DNA of 64,000 nt, taken from positions 4,712,001 to 4,776,000 of the forward strand of contig MU058213.1 of the NCBI GenBank assembly GCA_013265495.1, in the 5' to 3' direction. The notes beneath the pieces are model-generated. The model made no database searches and was not told the origin of the DNA. It saw only the letters and a program-made list of their open reading frames with translations. A program made the translations under genes and the position numbers. Origin of the DNA: Vicugna vicugna. Its lineage: Eukaryota. Numbering within the stretch: position 1 is the stretch's first letter; the number at the start of each line of letters is the position of its first letter. Shown here one piece after another: positions 12,618-27,349 of this stretch.

Positions 12618-14077
12618 TTTTAATTTTAAAGTAGTTTTAGAGTTATGAGAAAATTGTGAAGATGGTACAGAGAGTTGCTGCGTTCCCCCTGCCCGGTTTC
12701 TTTGGCTTGTCACAGTTAAGGAACAAATATTGGTAAATTATTATTAGAGTTCATACTTTATGTTTGATTAGTTTTTGCCTAACGTCCTTTTACTATTCGA
12801 GGACCCCATCCAAGATACCATGTTACAGTCAGTTGTTGTATCTCCTTAGGCTCCTCTTGGCTGCGAGAGTTTCTGACTCTTTCCTTGTTTTTGATGACTG
12901 TGACAGTTTCAGGTATTTTATAGGATGCCTCCCTGTTGGAATTTGTCGTATGTTTTTCTTATGTTTACACTGGGGTGAGGGGTTTTGGGAGGAAGACCAC
13001 AGAGGTAAAGTGCCATTTTCATCACAGTGCATACTATCAATATGACTTAGCACCATTGAGGTTGATCTTCTTAAAGGGTGGACCTGGCTGAGACCGTGTT
13101 AGTCAGGTTTCTCCACTGTGAAGTTTTTCTTTTTTCTCTTCTCTGTACTGTCCTCTCTGGAAGACAGTCACTATATACAACCTGCACATAAGGAGTGAGG
13201 AGTTAGGCTCCCCTTCTTTCGGGCAGAGCGTGGAAATCAATCATTTGGAATTCTGCATGGGAGATTTGTCTGTTCTTCCCCATTTATGCATTTATTCAAT
13301 CATTTATTTATATTAATATGCACTCATGGATATTATTTTAATACTTTGGAATTTAATCTAATGCTACTTTATTTTGTTACTCAAAGTGTTCCAGATTTGG
13401 CAGCTGGAAGCCCCATGTCTCTTTGACATAACCCTATCATTGTGGGTTTTTTTTTTTTTTAAGCACTTCCTTACTTTCTGCCACTATAAAATGCTCCAGG
13501 ATCATCTTGTACATTTCCTGCCCCAGTCCTAGAATCGGCCATTTCCCCAAGGAGCCCTAGAGTCTTTTTTGGGGGGAGAATTGATTGGTATTAGAAACCA
13601 AGATTTGTTCTCTAGGTGTGCTTTTTGCTACAGGGATGTTTATTCCTTCTAAGCTCTCTTGACTGACAGAGCAAAGAAAAACGTGTATATTGTATACTGT
13701 ATTTATAAATATATAACCGTCTGTATCTCTGTTTAGCTAAACGTGAGTTTATTCTGATATCTCCAATTCTAATCTCTTATTACATGGATCATTCTAGCCT
13801 TCTCCTTTGCATGTCTATGACCCCGACTCCAACAGTGAGAAACAAGTCTCCCACTATCTGCCATCCATTTATTTGCTCAGTTCCATGTACATGTGCAGTG
13901 GTTTCAGAATTAGCCCACCCCTGTAGGGGAAGCAACTTTATCATAACAATGAAATACTTAAGTATCATTCCTTTTGCCTTTGGTTTTACAGACTCTGCTC
14001 ATTTCCAGATCGTTGCCTTTTTCCCTCACTCACTTAAGTGAGGTGGTTTCATCTATTGGTAATACAGTTGGATTCTT
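12618..14077 (-). mobile_element. Ancient L1MC-like 3' region
   Basis: ttttaatttt...gtagttttag...aaattgtgaagatggtacagagagtt start, and ccctgccccagtcctagaatcggccatttccccaaggagccct motif. Confidence 0.72.
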
Positions 14078-14261
14078 TTACTCTGATGGCTTTTTGAAAG
14101 AGAGAGATGGGAAGGTGAAGACTCAGCTGTCAGGGAACTGAGAAAACGCTTGTGAACAGTTCATTTTCTTGTATCTGCCAAGTGCTTGGTATCTCCATGC
14201 TGCTGGATGGCAGGGTTCTTGTAATCTTTTCTCCCTCTCCTTGCTTTTGTTCGTACGCATT

Positions 14262-14632
14262 TGGTATGGACTGAATGTTTATGTCTCCCCCCAAATCAAA
14301 TGTTGAAATCCTAGCCCTCAATGTGATGGTATTTGGAGATGGAGCCTCTGGGAGCTAATTAGGATTAGATGAGTTCATGTGGGTAGGACCCTCATTATGG
14401 GATAAGTGGCTTTAAGAGAAGAAGAAGAAATGACGTGCACTGAGGTAAGGCCATGTGAGGTTGTAGTGAGGCGTTCTCCATCTACAAGCCAGGAACAGGG
14501 TTCTCACTTAGGAACTGAATCAGCCGGCACCTTGATCTTGGACTTTCCAGCCTCCGAAACTGTGAGAAACTTGTGTTAAGCCCACCAGTCCATGGCATTT
14601 TTTTGTTGTGGCAGCATGAGCAGACCAGAACA
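14262..14632 (+). mobile_element. MLT1A-like solo LTR
   Basis: tggtatggactgaatgtttatgtctcccc...caccttgatcttggactttccagcctcc...gaaca. Confidence 0.82.
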
Positions 14633-15315
14633 CCTTTATATATAGAAACAGGATAGGCACCCTTGAGCTGTCGAGAGGCCCTTTCTTAAACCAAATGTCC
14701 CCAGTTCCCTGTCTACCTTTAAGAACAAAGGGACCCCTCTTTCCTCCAAAGCACCTGGGGTAAGAGATGGATCCAGGTAATACTGATAGTGATGTATTTT
14801 GATGTGAGAGCTCCAGGGTAAGGCCTTCCTGTTGGAGTTGTCTGAGGGTATCTGATGGGACATTTTTGGCAAAAACAAGCCTTAGGATGGAGAGAATGTT
14901 TCTCAGTGGAAAGGTCATACTCACCTACTTGGAGGAACGCATAACCCGGTTCCTCAAACATACTGAGCCTACATGAGAGGGGGGCCTATTCCCCCCCGTT
15001 GAGAAATTCTTTATATTTTAAAAATACATTTATTTCCAAATTTAAAATGGGAAAATCAGAATCTAGAGACAAGAAGAAAAATAATTAGAATTACCTGACC
15101 CTCATGATGATTCCCATTAACATTTCCATGTTTTTTTCTTTGTAGCCCTATACATATAAATACATATATATTTTAAAATGAGACTAACATTATTTGCTCT
15201 GTAACCTGCTTTCTTATTTGGGCATATATCATGATACAGTTTTAGGTCAGTCAGTAAATACAGATGTGCCCATTCATCATATGGATTGCCATAATGTAGT
15301 TAATTGATGGAAAAA

Positions 15316-15455
15316 TTTTTTTTTAATTTGGTTTTGCTTTTTGAGGGGAGATAATTAGGTTTATTTATTTAGTTTTAGAGGAGGTACTGGATATTGAACC
15401 CAGGACCTCATGCATGCTAAGCATGCACACTACCACTTGAGCTATACCTTCCCCC
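15316..15455 (-). mobile_element. tRNA-derived SINE (Vic-1-like)
   Basis: Same consensus as the 36000 copy; TSD-like aattgatg on both sides. Confidence 0.88.
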
Positions 15456-17644
15456 AAATTGATGAAACTTTTGATTGTTTCTTTTTTTAACACCTTATCA
15501 TGGGGCCCTTGTTTTGAAAGCAGGAAGCATGCTGAGAAGGGCTGTAGCATGTGCTCACAGAGGGCGCAGAGCTGAAATCCAGTCCCAGCTGTTCGGTGCA
15601 GTTGGCTGTCCAGCATTGTGTGCTCCTGTGGGGGCTGGGCCAGCAGCGAGGTCTCACCGGAGCTCATGGACATGGAAGCGCGCTGTCAACCATAACATCG
15701 CATTGTGGAAGTGAGTGCTCGTTAAAATTTCCAAGTTAAAAGGCCTCTGCTTCCTTGAGGCAGATTTTCCCCTAGGACGCTGAATGTGGGTTTTCAGTTT
15801 CTCTCCTTTGATCATTAAGTATTTTTAGCTTCTTTAGACATGTCATTGTGTCTTCACCGTACCCCTGTCTAATTATTTCATACAAAGAGAGAAGTCACCG
15901 GAACTGTCACTAGTGTAGGAAACAGAAAGAAACCCAAAGCTCAGGAGCAATGTGTGGCCGTCGATTTTTTTTAAAAAACCCTTTAACTTCCAGGGAGGGA
16001 CTTCCTTCTATTGTCTCCCTTGTGTGTTTCTTCCTTTTCCTTTTCGTTTTATCTCTTTTCTTTGTAGTGGTTTTTTTCATGTCCAGAATTTAAAAAAAAA
16101 TTAATTTCATTGCCTGTTGCATTTCGCAGCTCGGCACCTATTTGGATAGGAGTGTCTGCTTCCCGCCGCCCTCAGGGCAGTCTGCAAGTGCAGGGTGGAT
16201 TTACCCAGGGCTTGACGCCGTGATTTCCACCTCCGTGACCCAGACAGGCTCACGTTGGAGAGAGGGGTCTACCCAGAAAACAGGTTATGCTTTGGTTTTT
16301 TAATACAAAACCGTTCTAAAGGGAGCCCCCAGGAAAAAATAAGACGTTTAAGTACTTGCTCTTTTGCCATTTTTTTTCTCTGTGGTCGTCAGTTAACCAA
16401 CCAAATTAAAGGGTGCATGTTAATGTTTAGCATTAAGCTAATGTCTCAAGGTTAGTTTTGGACATTGCCATTCAGAGTGGGTTAATGTTCAGTGCACAAG
16501 CATTTAGAAGAGTACTTGGTACGTAGTCTGAGTGTTTAGGAGTTAATTACATCCTCATCATTATCATCATCATTATTGGTGCCTGTTGTGGGGCAGTAAG
16601 ACAAAGACGGGGCAGGGGACCTCACCGCAGTGTTGGATGTAGGTGGAGGAAAGTAGGCTGGAATTGCTGCTATGTGTGACTGGCTTGGGAGAAGTGATGA
16701 TGGGCGTGGGAATGATCCCAGAGCAGAGACTTGGGTCTAAAAGCTTAGAACTAGGGAGCTCTGAAAGTGGCTCATCTAATGGAAATCAGAGGTATGTTAA
16801 ATGGTCTCTGAGAGCCGTTCTACCTTTAGAATATGATTTTGTGTAGGTTCCTCACTACCTGGAGCAGAGTAGGGATGGGCATAGGGGTGAGCGTTAATAG
16901 GTTCAGGGGTTTTGCAGAAGAGAGGGAAAGGGAGTGACTTTTTTCCCCGAGTTGGATTCTTTTCTCGGTGTCTTTTTGAGTGTTCTCAGGCTGAGAGATA
17001 TTTCCATATGCTTCTGCAATTGCTGTTAATTGAACGCAGACCATACCTCTTCAGCTGCTCTTGGCACAGCCTTAGAGGTCCAGCTGCAACTCAGGACAAT
17101 AGGCAAGTGCCAGAGGGAGGGAAGAAAGTAATATTCCATACAATTAGGTAAGATCTGGCTCAGAATTCTTTTGAGCATGAATACCAGGTTATGCATTTTG
17201 ATTTGTACTCCTCCAGGCTGTAAAGACATCCCTGGGGAGAGCAAACAAATATAGCAGAGATTTTGTCCTGGGGCGAAAGGGAGAGTGGGGGTGGGGGCGT
17301 GCAGGGGAGGCATCTGCGCTTCCCATGACTGCCTTTATTTTGTATTTTGATTTCTCGGGTAGCTGATGCTCCTTGAGAGAGTTTTCTTTACTCCACGCTT
17401 TAGTTAGTCCACGCTGGTAGGGCTTCGGTGCCTTCCACTCCAGTGACACAGTTCTCGTCAGGGTCCCCTTTGATCTCCATCCCAGGCTTTGTCGGCTTTT
17501 TGGCGGTGTTTGGCTCGTTTGCCCGCTCCTTCCTTTTGGAAACACCAGCGTCTTTTGGCTTCTGGGCCACCACACTCGCTTGGTTTCCTCCTGTCCCCCT
17601 GGCTGCTGCTTTCCAGTTGTCTTTGCCTGCTCCTCCTGTTCCTC

Positions 17645-17795
17645 CTGACTTGAAGGTGTTGGAGTGCCACGGCCTCGGTCCTCCTGTGGGTTCAGTGGGT
17701 CTGGGCTGGTGCCTGAGGTTTTGGTTTTGCATTTCTCACAAGTCCCCAGGGCATCTGCTCCTGCTGGTCCAGGAGCCAGCCTTGTGCAGCAAGGC
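17645..17795. mobile_element. MER5A-like element inside an L2 relic (about 17380-18330)
   Basis: ttcagtgggtctgggctggtgcctgag...ttgcatttctcacaagtccccagg...ctgctggtcc. Confidence 0.6.
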
Positions 17796-19442
17796 ACTGA
17801 GCTCTGTCCTCATCTTTTCTGTCTGCGTTACTTCCTAGCTGAGCTCATCCAGGCCCTGGCCTTGAATAACATCTTGACTCTTACTGGTGACTTCCCACCC
17901 AACTTGGAGTGAGACCCAGAGTCCTTAGGAGGCTCACAGACCCTGTGATTTGCTTCCTGCTCACTGCTCTGCCCTCCCGTCCCTCCCCTGCCCGTCTCTT
18001 GCTGTGTTCTGACCATGTCCACGTTCCTGCTGATTCTCCCGCACACTCCTTCCCCGGGAGCTCCAACTGGCTGTTCTCTCTACCTGGCGCTCAAGTGACT
18101 TGCACAGCTCTTTTCCCCGCTGTCAAATCAAATCCTCCTTCTCAGAGAGGCCCACTGTGTCCCAGAATGACCTTCACCACCACCACCTTGCTTTCTCCTC
18201 ACCCTGCTCTGTTTTCTTCATGGCCCTTGTCACTGTCCCTTGCTTGTGACACCGCCACCCCACCGTGCAGTGTAAGGTTAGGTCCGCAGGTGCCTCGCAT
18301 GGCCACGGACTCTCAGTAGGAATTTGTTAGTGATGTAGCAAAACATTAGTATCAGCATATCCTGAGTGAGCTGGATGACCACTTGTCACTACCACTTGTT
18401 CTGATGCCGTCTTTATAATGGTTGGGGTGTCAGGATATATTATAGTGTTTTAGTTATGGTGAGCTCTTGGGAGAGAACTGCGTTGGGCTGGACACATGAG
18501 TGAGGCCACCATACCATGTGAAGAGCCTGTGGTTTCATGCCACCTGCAGCAGGGAAGGCGTCTGCCCTGTAATGGTGGCGGTCTCCCTGTTCACCCCAGG
18601 TATGGTGATTTAGTTGCAGCAAAATTGACATTACCCTGCATATTAAATTCATGTTAAGTTGAATTTTTTTGGTTTTTAAAATTGTGTTTGGATTTAAGGT
18701 ACAGATTTGTTTTGGTTTTGTGGTATCATAAAAACTATAACAGTTGTGTATTTGTACATGAAGTGAACACAAAGGATCTTCGGAAATTTTTTTTTTCTTT
18801 AAAGGCGTCTGTACATTATTTAAGCATGTGAAAGACAAAAATAGGAGTTAATCAGTATTAAAGACTCAGCTGAGGACAGGGACACCTAGGAGTAGGTCTT
18901 AGCTTTTCACAAGCACTTTGAGAAGTTATTTTTAACAAAACAAAGATAGTACATAGTCTGAGTGGGCCATAAAATTTTAGCTTGCTTTCAAGAGAGAAAT
19001 TTTAAATTAGCTGTATGCATAAGAATATACACACTGACACTCTAAAAGGTTAAAATATATATACTTTTGTTCACATAACTGAAACTTCAATTTCTGATCA
19101 CTGATGCAGTTTCTGACTATTGAAAAACATCATGAACTGTGGAATGCCCTTACTGGAGACATCTGAAACAAATAAAGATATTTAAATATGAAAAAAGGAT
19201 AATGGAGTTGATGGCTTTTACCCACCACTACCAGGGCCTGCATTAGGAAGGTATGCGCAGGAGCTCCCAGCTCTAATTTCCGCCTAGGCCTTTCTCTGTC
19301 TCCTGGAGACCAGAGAGGAAGGGACTCTGCACTTGAGAATTGGGGCCCAGGAAGGGGACAGATTTGTGCTTTAAGGAGAAGCGGATGGTTGTCCCCCATG
19401 TATTTCATTTGAATATGTGTGTTTGTTTATATCCTGTTCACT

Positions 19443-19838
19443 TGTGCCTTAGTCCCTCTGGGGTGTGCTGATAAAATACCACAGGCTGGGCGGCGTGTAA
19501 ACAACAGAAATACATTTCTCACGGTTCCTGGGGCTGGGGATTCTGTGATCAGGGTGCTAGCACGTGGCAGGTGGGTGACACCCTCTTTCTGGTTCGCAGC
19601 CAATGCCCTCTTGCTGTGTCCTCACATGGTGGAAGGGACCAGGGATCTCTTGTGTGGAGAGTGTGTGTGTGTGTGTGTTATTTTTATAAGAGCACTGGTC
19701 CCATTCGTAAGGGCTCCATCCTCATGACCTAAACATTTTCCCAAAGGCCCCACCTCCTAATAGCATCATTCTGCGGGTGGTAGTGGTTAGAGTTTCAGCA
19801 TGTGAATTTTAGGAGGACAAACCTTCAGACCATAGCAA
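19443..19838 (-). mobile_element. MLT1A-like solo LTR
   Basis: aaaataccacaggctggg...aaacaacagaaat...ctgtgtcctcacatggtggaaggg...ttcagaccatagca. Confidence 0.8.
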
Positions 19839-22800
19839 CGACTTGCAGATATAACCTGAGGCTCTCATACTCTGAAATTGTGGAGACTAGGGCAGAAGAC
19901 GAAGGGGGACAGTGGGGGGGTGCTTTAGGAGAGGAGAAGGGGGCCAAGGACCCCCCAAAATATTCGGAATACCTAAAAGGACAGTCAGCTCTTCAGTTAC
20001 CGGAGTCTCTGGTGAGACCACGATGCATCATGGTTGGGGTGGCTTTGGGGTCTGGGAGAGTGCCCCTTCCCCCGCCGCCCTCCCAGGAGAATTCTGGGGA
20101 GGAAGGTTGCACTGGGGAACCAAAGCCCTGGTGTCATTGAGTTTGGGATAATAACTATCTTAAACAACAGACAACGTGGACTGAGACGTGGGAATCTGCT
20201 AGGTTTCTCATTTAGAAAGTTGATTTTAATTTTCGTTTTTAATGTTTTGGGTGGCTACACAGTGTTATCTTCTGTTTGTTTTTAACAGTCATACTCAGTG
20301 ATAGTCGGTGGGTTTCTGTGGACTATTCCAGATGCCTGTCAATTGTAGCATAGTCTTTCTGGGTCCCATGCAAATAACTGACCGCTATGTTTATGACGTC
20401 AGTTGGTCTGTGAATTGATGCCCACAGGGAGGTGGGAAGGCTGCGCGCCCCGGACCCTCCCCTGGTGGCTCTATACTTTGTAGTCATTTGGCCAAGTTTA
20501 CTCAGGATGCCATCTCTCCTTCAGTCTTTTCCCTGATGAGGACAAAGTCAGACAGATTTCCCTGGTTTGATCTTGTTTTGAGTGACCAAGAAGAGATGCT
20601 TTGCAGATGGCGTAACATGTCTTCCAGGGGAGGATACTTAGCTTTGGAATTCACTTGCAGAAATCCTCTGTAAGGAGGTTCCAGGAGCGGGGCTTGTTAC
20701 AGCTGGCATTGCTGGAATTCCACAGAGTTCCTTTCCTCCTCTTAGGCGATCCTTGATAACCCCAGCACCTATTTTTCACTTTGGGACACGCACATCTTGT
20801 GAACGCGGCAACTGTAGGTGGGACGAAAAGCCACAATGATGCTGACGATCAGAGTCTAGTGGTGTAAACAGTGATACATGTTCTGGGCGGAGGTAGTGGG
20901 CACACTAGAAGGATAGGATTTGTTATGAAAACCCTTGACTTTTTAAAATTGTTCACATTTTAAAAGGGGGATTCAGTGCTATGTGCGTGGTACCTGGTTT
21001 ATTAGTCCATCCATTCATTTACTTATTCTGCACCTGCTACATGCAAGACCCTGTCCTGGCCGCCGGGAGCAGAGAGGAGTCATCTCCTCTGAGGAGTGAC
21101 ACATATGCTGAGATTTGATAGACCAGGGTCTGCTCTGCTGGCATGACAGTGGAATGGAACCTGGTGATGTGGTTTGGTCCGCAGCCATCCAACGCCCATG
21201 TCAGAAGAACTACCAGATACTGTGGGAGACAGAAAAATAAAAACATGTCTCTGCTCAAGAAGGAGCTCAGGTCTCAGGGACAGATGGTCTCAGTCTAAGT
21301 CCCAGCACTGCCCCCAAACTGGGTGTGAGACTCTGGGGGCAAGTGCTGCCCCTGGGAGCTTACACATCTCTAATGGGGAGAAAATAGAGTCCCTCACAAG
21401 TGGGCTGCAGGGATCTGACCAGATGAGATGGTGTAAAACAGGCACCTGGCACTTGCCTGGCACTGTGGAGGGATGATGTGCATGCCTGACTCAGAAATGA
21501 TTGAAAAAAACTTGAAATGGAGCTTTGGAGGTAAAACCCATCTACAAAAAAGCTGCTCCTGGAGAGCCTTGCCTGGGCTGTGTAGAGCTGACGGGGCTCT
21601 GGGATGTCGGAGGACTCAAACTGCTGGAGGGGGTGAGCGTGGAAGAAATACAGCATCTTCGTAGCTGAAGGGAAATAGTTTTTTTACTGAGGGGGAGAAT
21701 GGAAAGTAAAGGTTATAAAAGTAGTGTGAGGCTAAAAGCTTCTCTTGGCCAGATACCTGAAAATGTTCCCTTCCTCTTGATGGCTGGCTAGAATTGTGTT
21801 CAGGTAAGTCATGTGAACCCTGGCATAAGGTGTGCACTGAGTTTGAAGAGCTCTTCAGTCCTCGGAGTTGACTAGAATGTAATGAGTGACAAGACTGAAA
21901 AGTGGGAGAAGACTCCCCTGGGTTTTAGGGGGCGATTTATTCCTTGGACGTTTGACTTTGGTGTAGGTAGGTTTAGATGAGTTTCAAAACATGTCAAGGG
22001 TGGCAGACTGGCTTATATTGTGTCTACACTGATCCACGGTGGCTACACTGCCTGTGGGGGCGTGGTGTTGAGGAGGATTCTGAAGCTAGGTTTGGGTTGA
22101 GAGAGAAAAGGCAGTTTCCGTATGTTTTGAACTCAGGCTTCACATGGGAAACTGTAGCACAGATGTCATGAATCTGTCAGGCCTGGTTAAGAGCTTTCCT
22201 GTGGACCCGTCAACATAAAGACATTCGTTGATTCAGTCAGCAACTATTTATTGTTTATTTCCACTCTGGACACAGCACTGTACTCGAGATTCTCAGCCCT
22301 CTGGTTTCTTAATTAGTTAATTATTTCAGAATGTTGGTGGTTAATGCTGTTTGGTTAACCACTGGGGTTTTTAGCCAGTGCCTCAGAAGTATTTAAAAAC
22401 ATTTGGTGATCAAAGTCAGCTTTCTTGTGGCCATAAGTGCCACGTTGAATGTTTTCATTTATTATTTCCTACTTCATTTAGCATACAGTCTATGATTTAA
22501 TTTTCCCAGGCACCTTATGAAGTCATCATTAATGATCTGACTTCAGAGATAGGAAAACACTCAGAGACGTTAAAGAACTTGTTCAGAGCCGGGGTTTGAC
22601 CCGAGTCCAGTATTAGATGTGTTTCTTACTCCTGCATCTGGGTGTTCTCTCCAGTACTTGTTTCAGAATTGCAGACTTCTGCATCTTAGCTCTGCATTCG
22701 TGGGAGAACTTTTAGAAATCATTTCAGGGTCAAGAGGTGAAAAAGGGCGAATAACATGTCTGAAACATTTTTTGGACGTGAATTCTGTATTTTTTAAAGA

Positions 22801-24889
22801 GACCAAGTGTAATATAAAACATCTGTCACTGAATTTTAAAATCAAAGTTGGAAATATAAGAACACCATAAATGAAGTGGTAATATACATGCTAATCTGTT
22901 AAGGAAAGAAGAGGGGCTTCAAATGCAACAAAAGGAGGCGGATACAGACACCATCCACAAGGATGGGTCGTCATGTTTATTTAAAGAGATTCAAACCGTA
23001 CTGAACTGTGTAAAGTAGGCAGCAACTCTGGTGTCATTTTCAAACCTCACAAAGTTTATTTTTGAAATTGTTTTCCCAGAGAATCCTAAAGGCCTGTGTG
23101 TGAGACATTTCCTTTGAAATCTTAAAAGTTTGGCCAGTTTCCTTTTTTTCTTTTTCTTTCTACAGAATAGGTGGATGGATAAGTGGGGTGGATAGTTGGG
23201 GTAGATAGGTAGGAAGAAAGAGAGAAAGAAGGAAATAGAAAATAGAGCTTAATTTAGGTAAGTCTGCCTGTTTAGGAATATACTGAAAAACCAGCAACCA
23301 TTTTGCTAATCTTGGATATTCTGTGCTCTCATTTTTCACATTTATGTAGCTGAGGGTCTAATGTGGATATTTGCACACACAATTCATGTCTTCCTGCTAG
23401 TCCTACAAGCAAGTCCTTTAGGTGTGAACATCTTAACTTGTGTGTTAACTTGTGGTGTTTCACCAGATGGGCGGTGGCTTCCCTCTGAATGAGACGGTCA
23501 CTGAGCCCCACTCAGGGGAAATTACTTTTTGGTTGTGGCTCACTTCTTATTTCCTGGAATCAAGCTCAAGACTGCACTGAGGCTCAGTAGCTCCCCATCC
23601 CTGCTTTAGATGCTCTTTTAAGTGACTTGTATGATCAGATAGAATTATTCATTCCAAGCAAACGTACACACACAGAGATCCTGCCCCATGCCACGTGCTA
23701 TGCTGGGTACTTTGGCCTGGCTGGTGGCGGCTGCTGTCCTAGGGAGGGAGGGCAAACCATGTGAGAAGGTTTCTCACCGGCTGCATATCCGCAGTGGTTA
23801 GGAAGGCCTCTGGAATGGCTGGTCAGTATATTTCCAGGGCTTGGAGGTACCACTGGGAATTAGGGTGGTGAGGCGGGAGGTGTGGCCCGGCACTGGGGCT
23901 AATCTCTGGGCTCAGCTGATAACATGTGATGGCCCAGTGAGGGGAAATATTGCTACCTGGCATACGTTTGTAGTTCTTCCAAGTGCCAAGCTCTTTGTTC
24001 TTACTCACAAACACACTCATTGATCTTGCTAACTAAAGCAATTATCATCATTTAACGGTCTTTCCTCAAAGCATTATTTCCACTCCAAAGCATCACTTTT
24101 ATTTGCCAAGTGCCACAGTGTTACATCCTGGGAATTGGTCAGCATTTGCTGCCAAATTATGTAAGCCCTTGGTTAGGCTTAGTCCCCGACTGCACAAGTG
24201 TGCCTGTGGAGCGCGGTAGGTTGTCACGTGGCCTGGTGGCTGAAGACAGAGAACAGCTGTCCTTAAATCCATTCACTAATTCAGTGGTTACATCGTGGTT
24301 GGGAAGGAAATCCATGTTGGCTTATGACAACAGTGCCCAGCTGAGAAATGTCACTCTGTGAAAATACTGGATTGAGGTCTCTTGTTAAGGAGTGTAAATT
24401 ATGGATATCTCATGAAATTCACATAGGCGGATTAATTTGCTAACAAGGAGCTAAGAATGTAATAAACCAAGGTGGCTTTACTCAAAGATTGAAATGTAAT
24501 TAGTGTTGACTGTATGTACTAGCAGCAACTAACAAAAGGACTATAAAACCCTAGAAAAGAATTTTATTAATAGATAATAGAAATATTTTCATAAAAATTC
24601 AGAGTCAGCATAAAGGGGATTATGGGTGAATAAAATGATCTCATTTAGTAAATACTATTTTAAAAAAGTATCACAGTGAATAAATTTGTACAGAAACTCT
24701 TCTGTTAAAAAATATTTGTTACAAACTTTAGTGAGTACGAACAACACTAGAGATCCAGAATAAAACGTGCTGGTGCTACTCAGAATTCAGGGATTGAGAT
24801 GCACCTGGGCATTTTGGTCTTGGCCTTGGTGTGTGGTTCTGTCTGAGGCGTGTTTGCTGTTCTTGTTCTCAGATTGAAGGGGTTTTACA

Positions 24890-27130
24890 GATATTACTAG
24901 TCTCATCTAGCTAGATAAACTAGATACCTCCTTTTCAAAATCTCACTCAGAAAATAGCGAAGGAGGAGAAATTAAGCCTCCAAAGACAAAGAATGACATT
25001 AGAGACTTATGGAGGAGAGTCTGACGCAGACGGAGGAAGGATAGTTATTGGGGTGATAACATCCTTCAGCCCAAGTGGCCGACAGTGTAGACGTGAGATG
25101 GTTTGCCTGCAGAGCGGCGGAGAGGCTCGGAAGGGGAGGGCACCAGTTACTGTGAGGGGCCGGGTGAGGGACCAGTGTCTAGGGAGTTATTTAAGTGCCG
25201 TGAGGACTGGAGCAGTTAGACCTCCAGACTCTACGCTGGGCCTTGGATCCCTGGCACCCACCTGCCCCTGTCCTCTTCCTCACCCCCGCAGTAGACTGGA
25301 GGTCCCTTCCCTGAGGGTGCTGAACTGGTATAGTGTTGGAAGCCGGTGTGGATGACTAAAAGTGGGAATTGAATTGAGTTCTAGCTGGGACCTCCATGTT
25401 CTCCCCCTGCCCTGTCCCGTAGGCCAGCAGCCAGGCCTGTGCACCCCAGTAATGGATTGGAGGGTTCTTTTCTTGGGAAATCAAACAACTTCAGGGAGAA
25501 AAAATGCCCATAGATACTGAAATGTGCAAGTCCCTCAGTGGAAAGCTTGGCACTTCCCCCCCGACATTCCGTGAAGCTCACCAGCTAATAACTCTTCTCC
25601 ATAAATACAGAGCCTCCAATCTACTTTTACTACTTTCCTCTTAAATAAGATCAGGCAGCCCAAGATCTGAGTCACATTAGAAGGGCTTTTAACATGAAAG
25701 ATAGGGACTGAAACAAAGCAGAAAAGAGAAACCTTGCAGAGGTTGGAGATGCTGCAGACAGCAGAGAAAATTTATTTTTTGAAAAAAATAATGGTAAAGA
25801 GAGAGAAAAGCTCTTTTCATATCTAAAATGAAAATAGCACCTAAGAAGGAGAAACGGAGAAGAGTAAAGAAATAATGGAAATTACAAATTAAATACTTGA
25901 GTTAAAAAAAGTTGAAGATGTATCTCTCAAAAAGCAGAACGAAAAAGATGGAGTTGAGAAGTAGATGAGAAAAGAAACAGGAAAAATTGAAATTTGATCT
26001 GAAGGGTTCAACATTACTAATATATTAGATGCAGACACCAAGAGCAAAATAAAATGGTTCTCTAAACATTGTCACAGAAATAATACAAGAACATTTAGTA
26101 GAACTAAAGTGAATTTCCAAATTGAAGGAATATATTAAATGCTCATATTTTATAAAACTGGCCACTTTAATACAATCCTCACTAGGGAAAATCATTGTGA
26201 AATTTCACAACACTGAGCACAAAGTAAAAGTCCTAAAAACTAAGAGGAAAATAAACAAGCCGGGCACAGAAGAAAGGGTTGTTATAACAGCACCAGAATT
26301 TGTAATAGCATCCCTGGAAACCAGAAGATAATGGAGCTAATACTTTAACATCTGAGGGAAAATTATTTCAAACCTAGATGCTAAATCCAGCTAGATTATC
26401 ATTCAAAAGTAAGCATAGAATAAAGAGATTTTTCAAAATACAAGGACTCAACATTTTTTCTCCCTCAGACCTTTTCTTCAAAAGTTACTGGAAGTGTGTT
26501 CCATCAGACCAATTGGGGAAACTAAGAGGAAGGCAGGAAACTTGGGAAACAAAATAACACAGTAGGAAGAGAGCAACCGGACCCTAAAGTAAGGCAGGGG
26601 GTTGGAAGTTTGCACAAGGGAGGTCACCGGGGGAACAAATCACCAAATTATTTAGCATCTTGATCATCTGGAGGTTAATACTGGGAAGCGTCCAACAGAC
26701 GTGATGTAGCTGATGAAGAAATTTAAGGATAGGTACATAGAAGACAAGTAAAAATAGCAAGTATTACCTCTAGAAAAGTTAAAGCTTTGGAAGGAAGGAA
26801 AGATGACCAGTGTCTACAATTTGGCTCTTTAATGACCAATATTTATAGAATCATAATAATGTAAACACAGTTGGCTCCTGTTTTATTATTGGGAAGCTGG
26901 CAGAATGAGAAATTCACCTGTGTGTGTGGGTCACCTACCATATGAAAAAAAATAAATGACTGCATTGCAGCTAAGTGTATTACTTAGTGACATGGAGGTA
27001 AGCACTCTTGTATAAACAGCTACATTTGCAGTTGGTTTCCTCTGAGGAATGATCCAGACTGGAAAGGGGAGCTGGAGAGTACAGGTTTTCATTCTATCTT
27101 GTTTAACTTTGATAAAAAATTAAATTATTT
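24890..27130 (+). mobile_element. HAL1-like (ORF1-only L1 relative) decayed element
   Basis: ORF1-like remnant IIVKFHNTEHKVKVLK...ASLETRR at 26122-26331, followed by a HAL1-type tail (aagttactggaagtgtgttccatcag) rather than ORF2. Confidence 0.62.
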
Positions 27131-27349
27131 TAAAATGTTACACACTTCTGGTATATGTGATGCTGGATCAGCTATCTTGTAATCACAAAGTCTAATCATA
27201 AAGTCTAATACATGCTAAAGGTAGATGAGTGGAAGAATAGAAGAGGTGTTCTTCAAAAATATCCTGGCATCCATTCCAGCTCTGGGCTTTCTACCTCTGG
27301 GGGAAAAATCTCCTCTTAAGTTGCTATTTTGGGAATATAATTTTTGGAA

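Noticed and set aside
15365..15455. tRNA-like sequence (also near 36070, 42740 and 54820)
   Set aside because: These are SINE heads with A-rich tails and, in some copies, TSDs; not functional tRNA genes.
17189..17838. 202-aa minus-strand ORF and overlapping ORFs
   Set aside because: They lie over L2/MER5 relics and show no protein-family resemblance.
2089..20401. Two perfect CRE palindromes TGACGTCA (2089-2096, 20394-20401)
   Set aside because: Isolated 8-mers are near chance expectation in 64 kb, with no supporting context.
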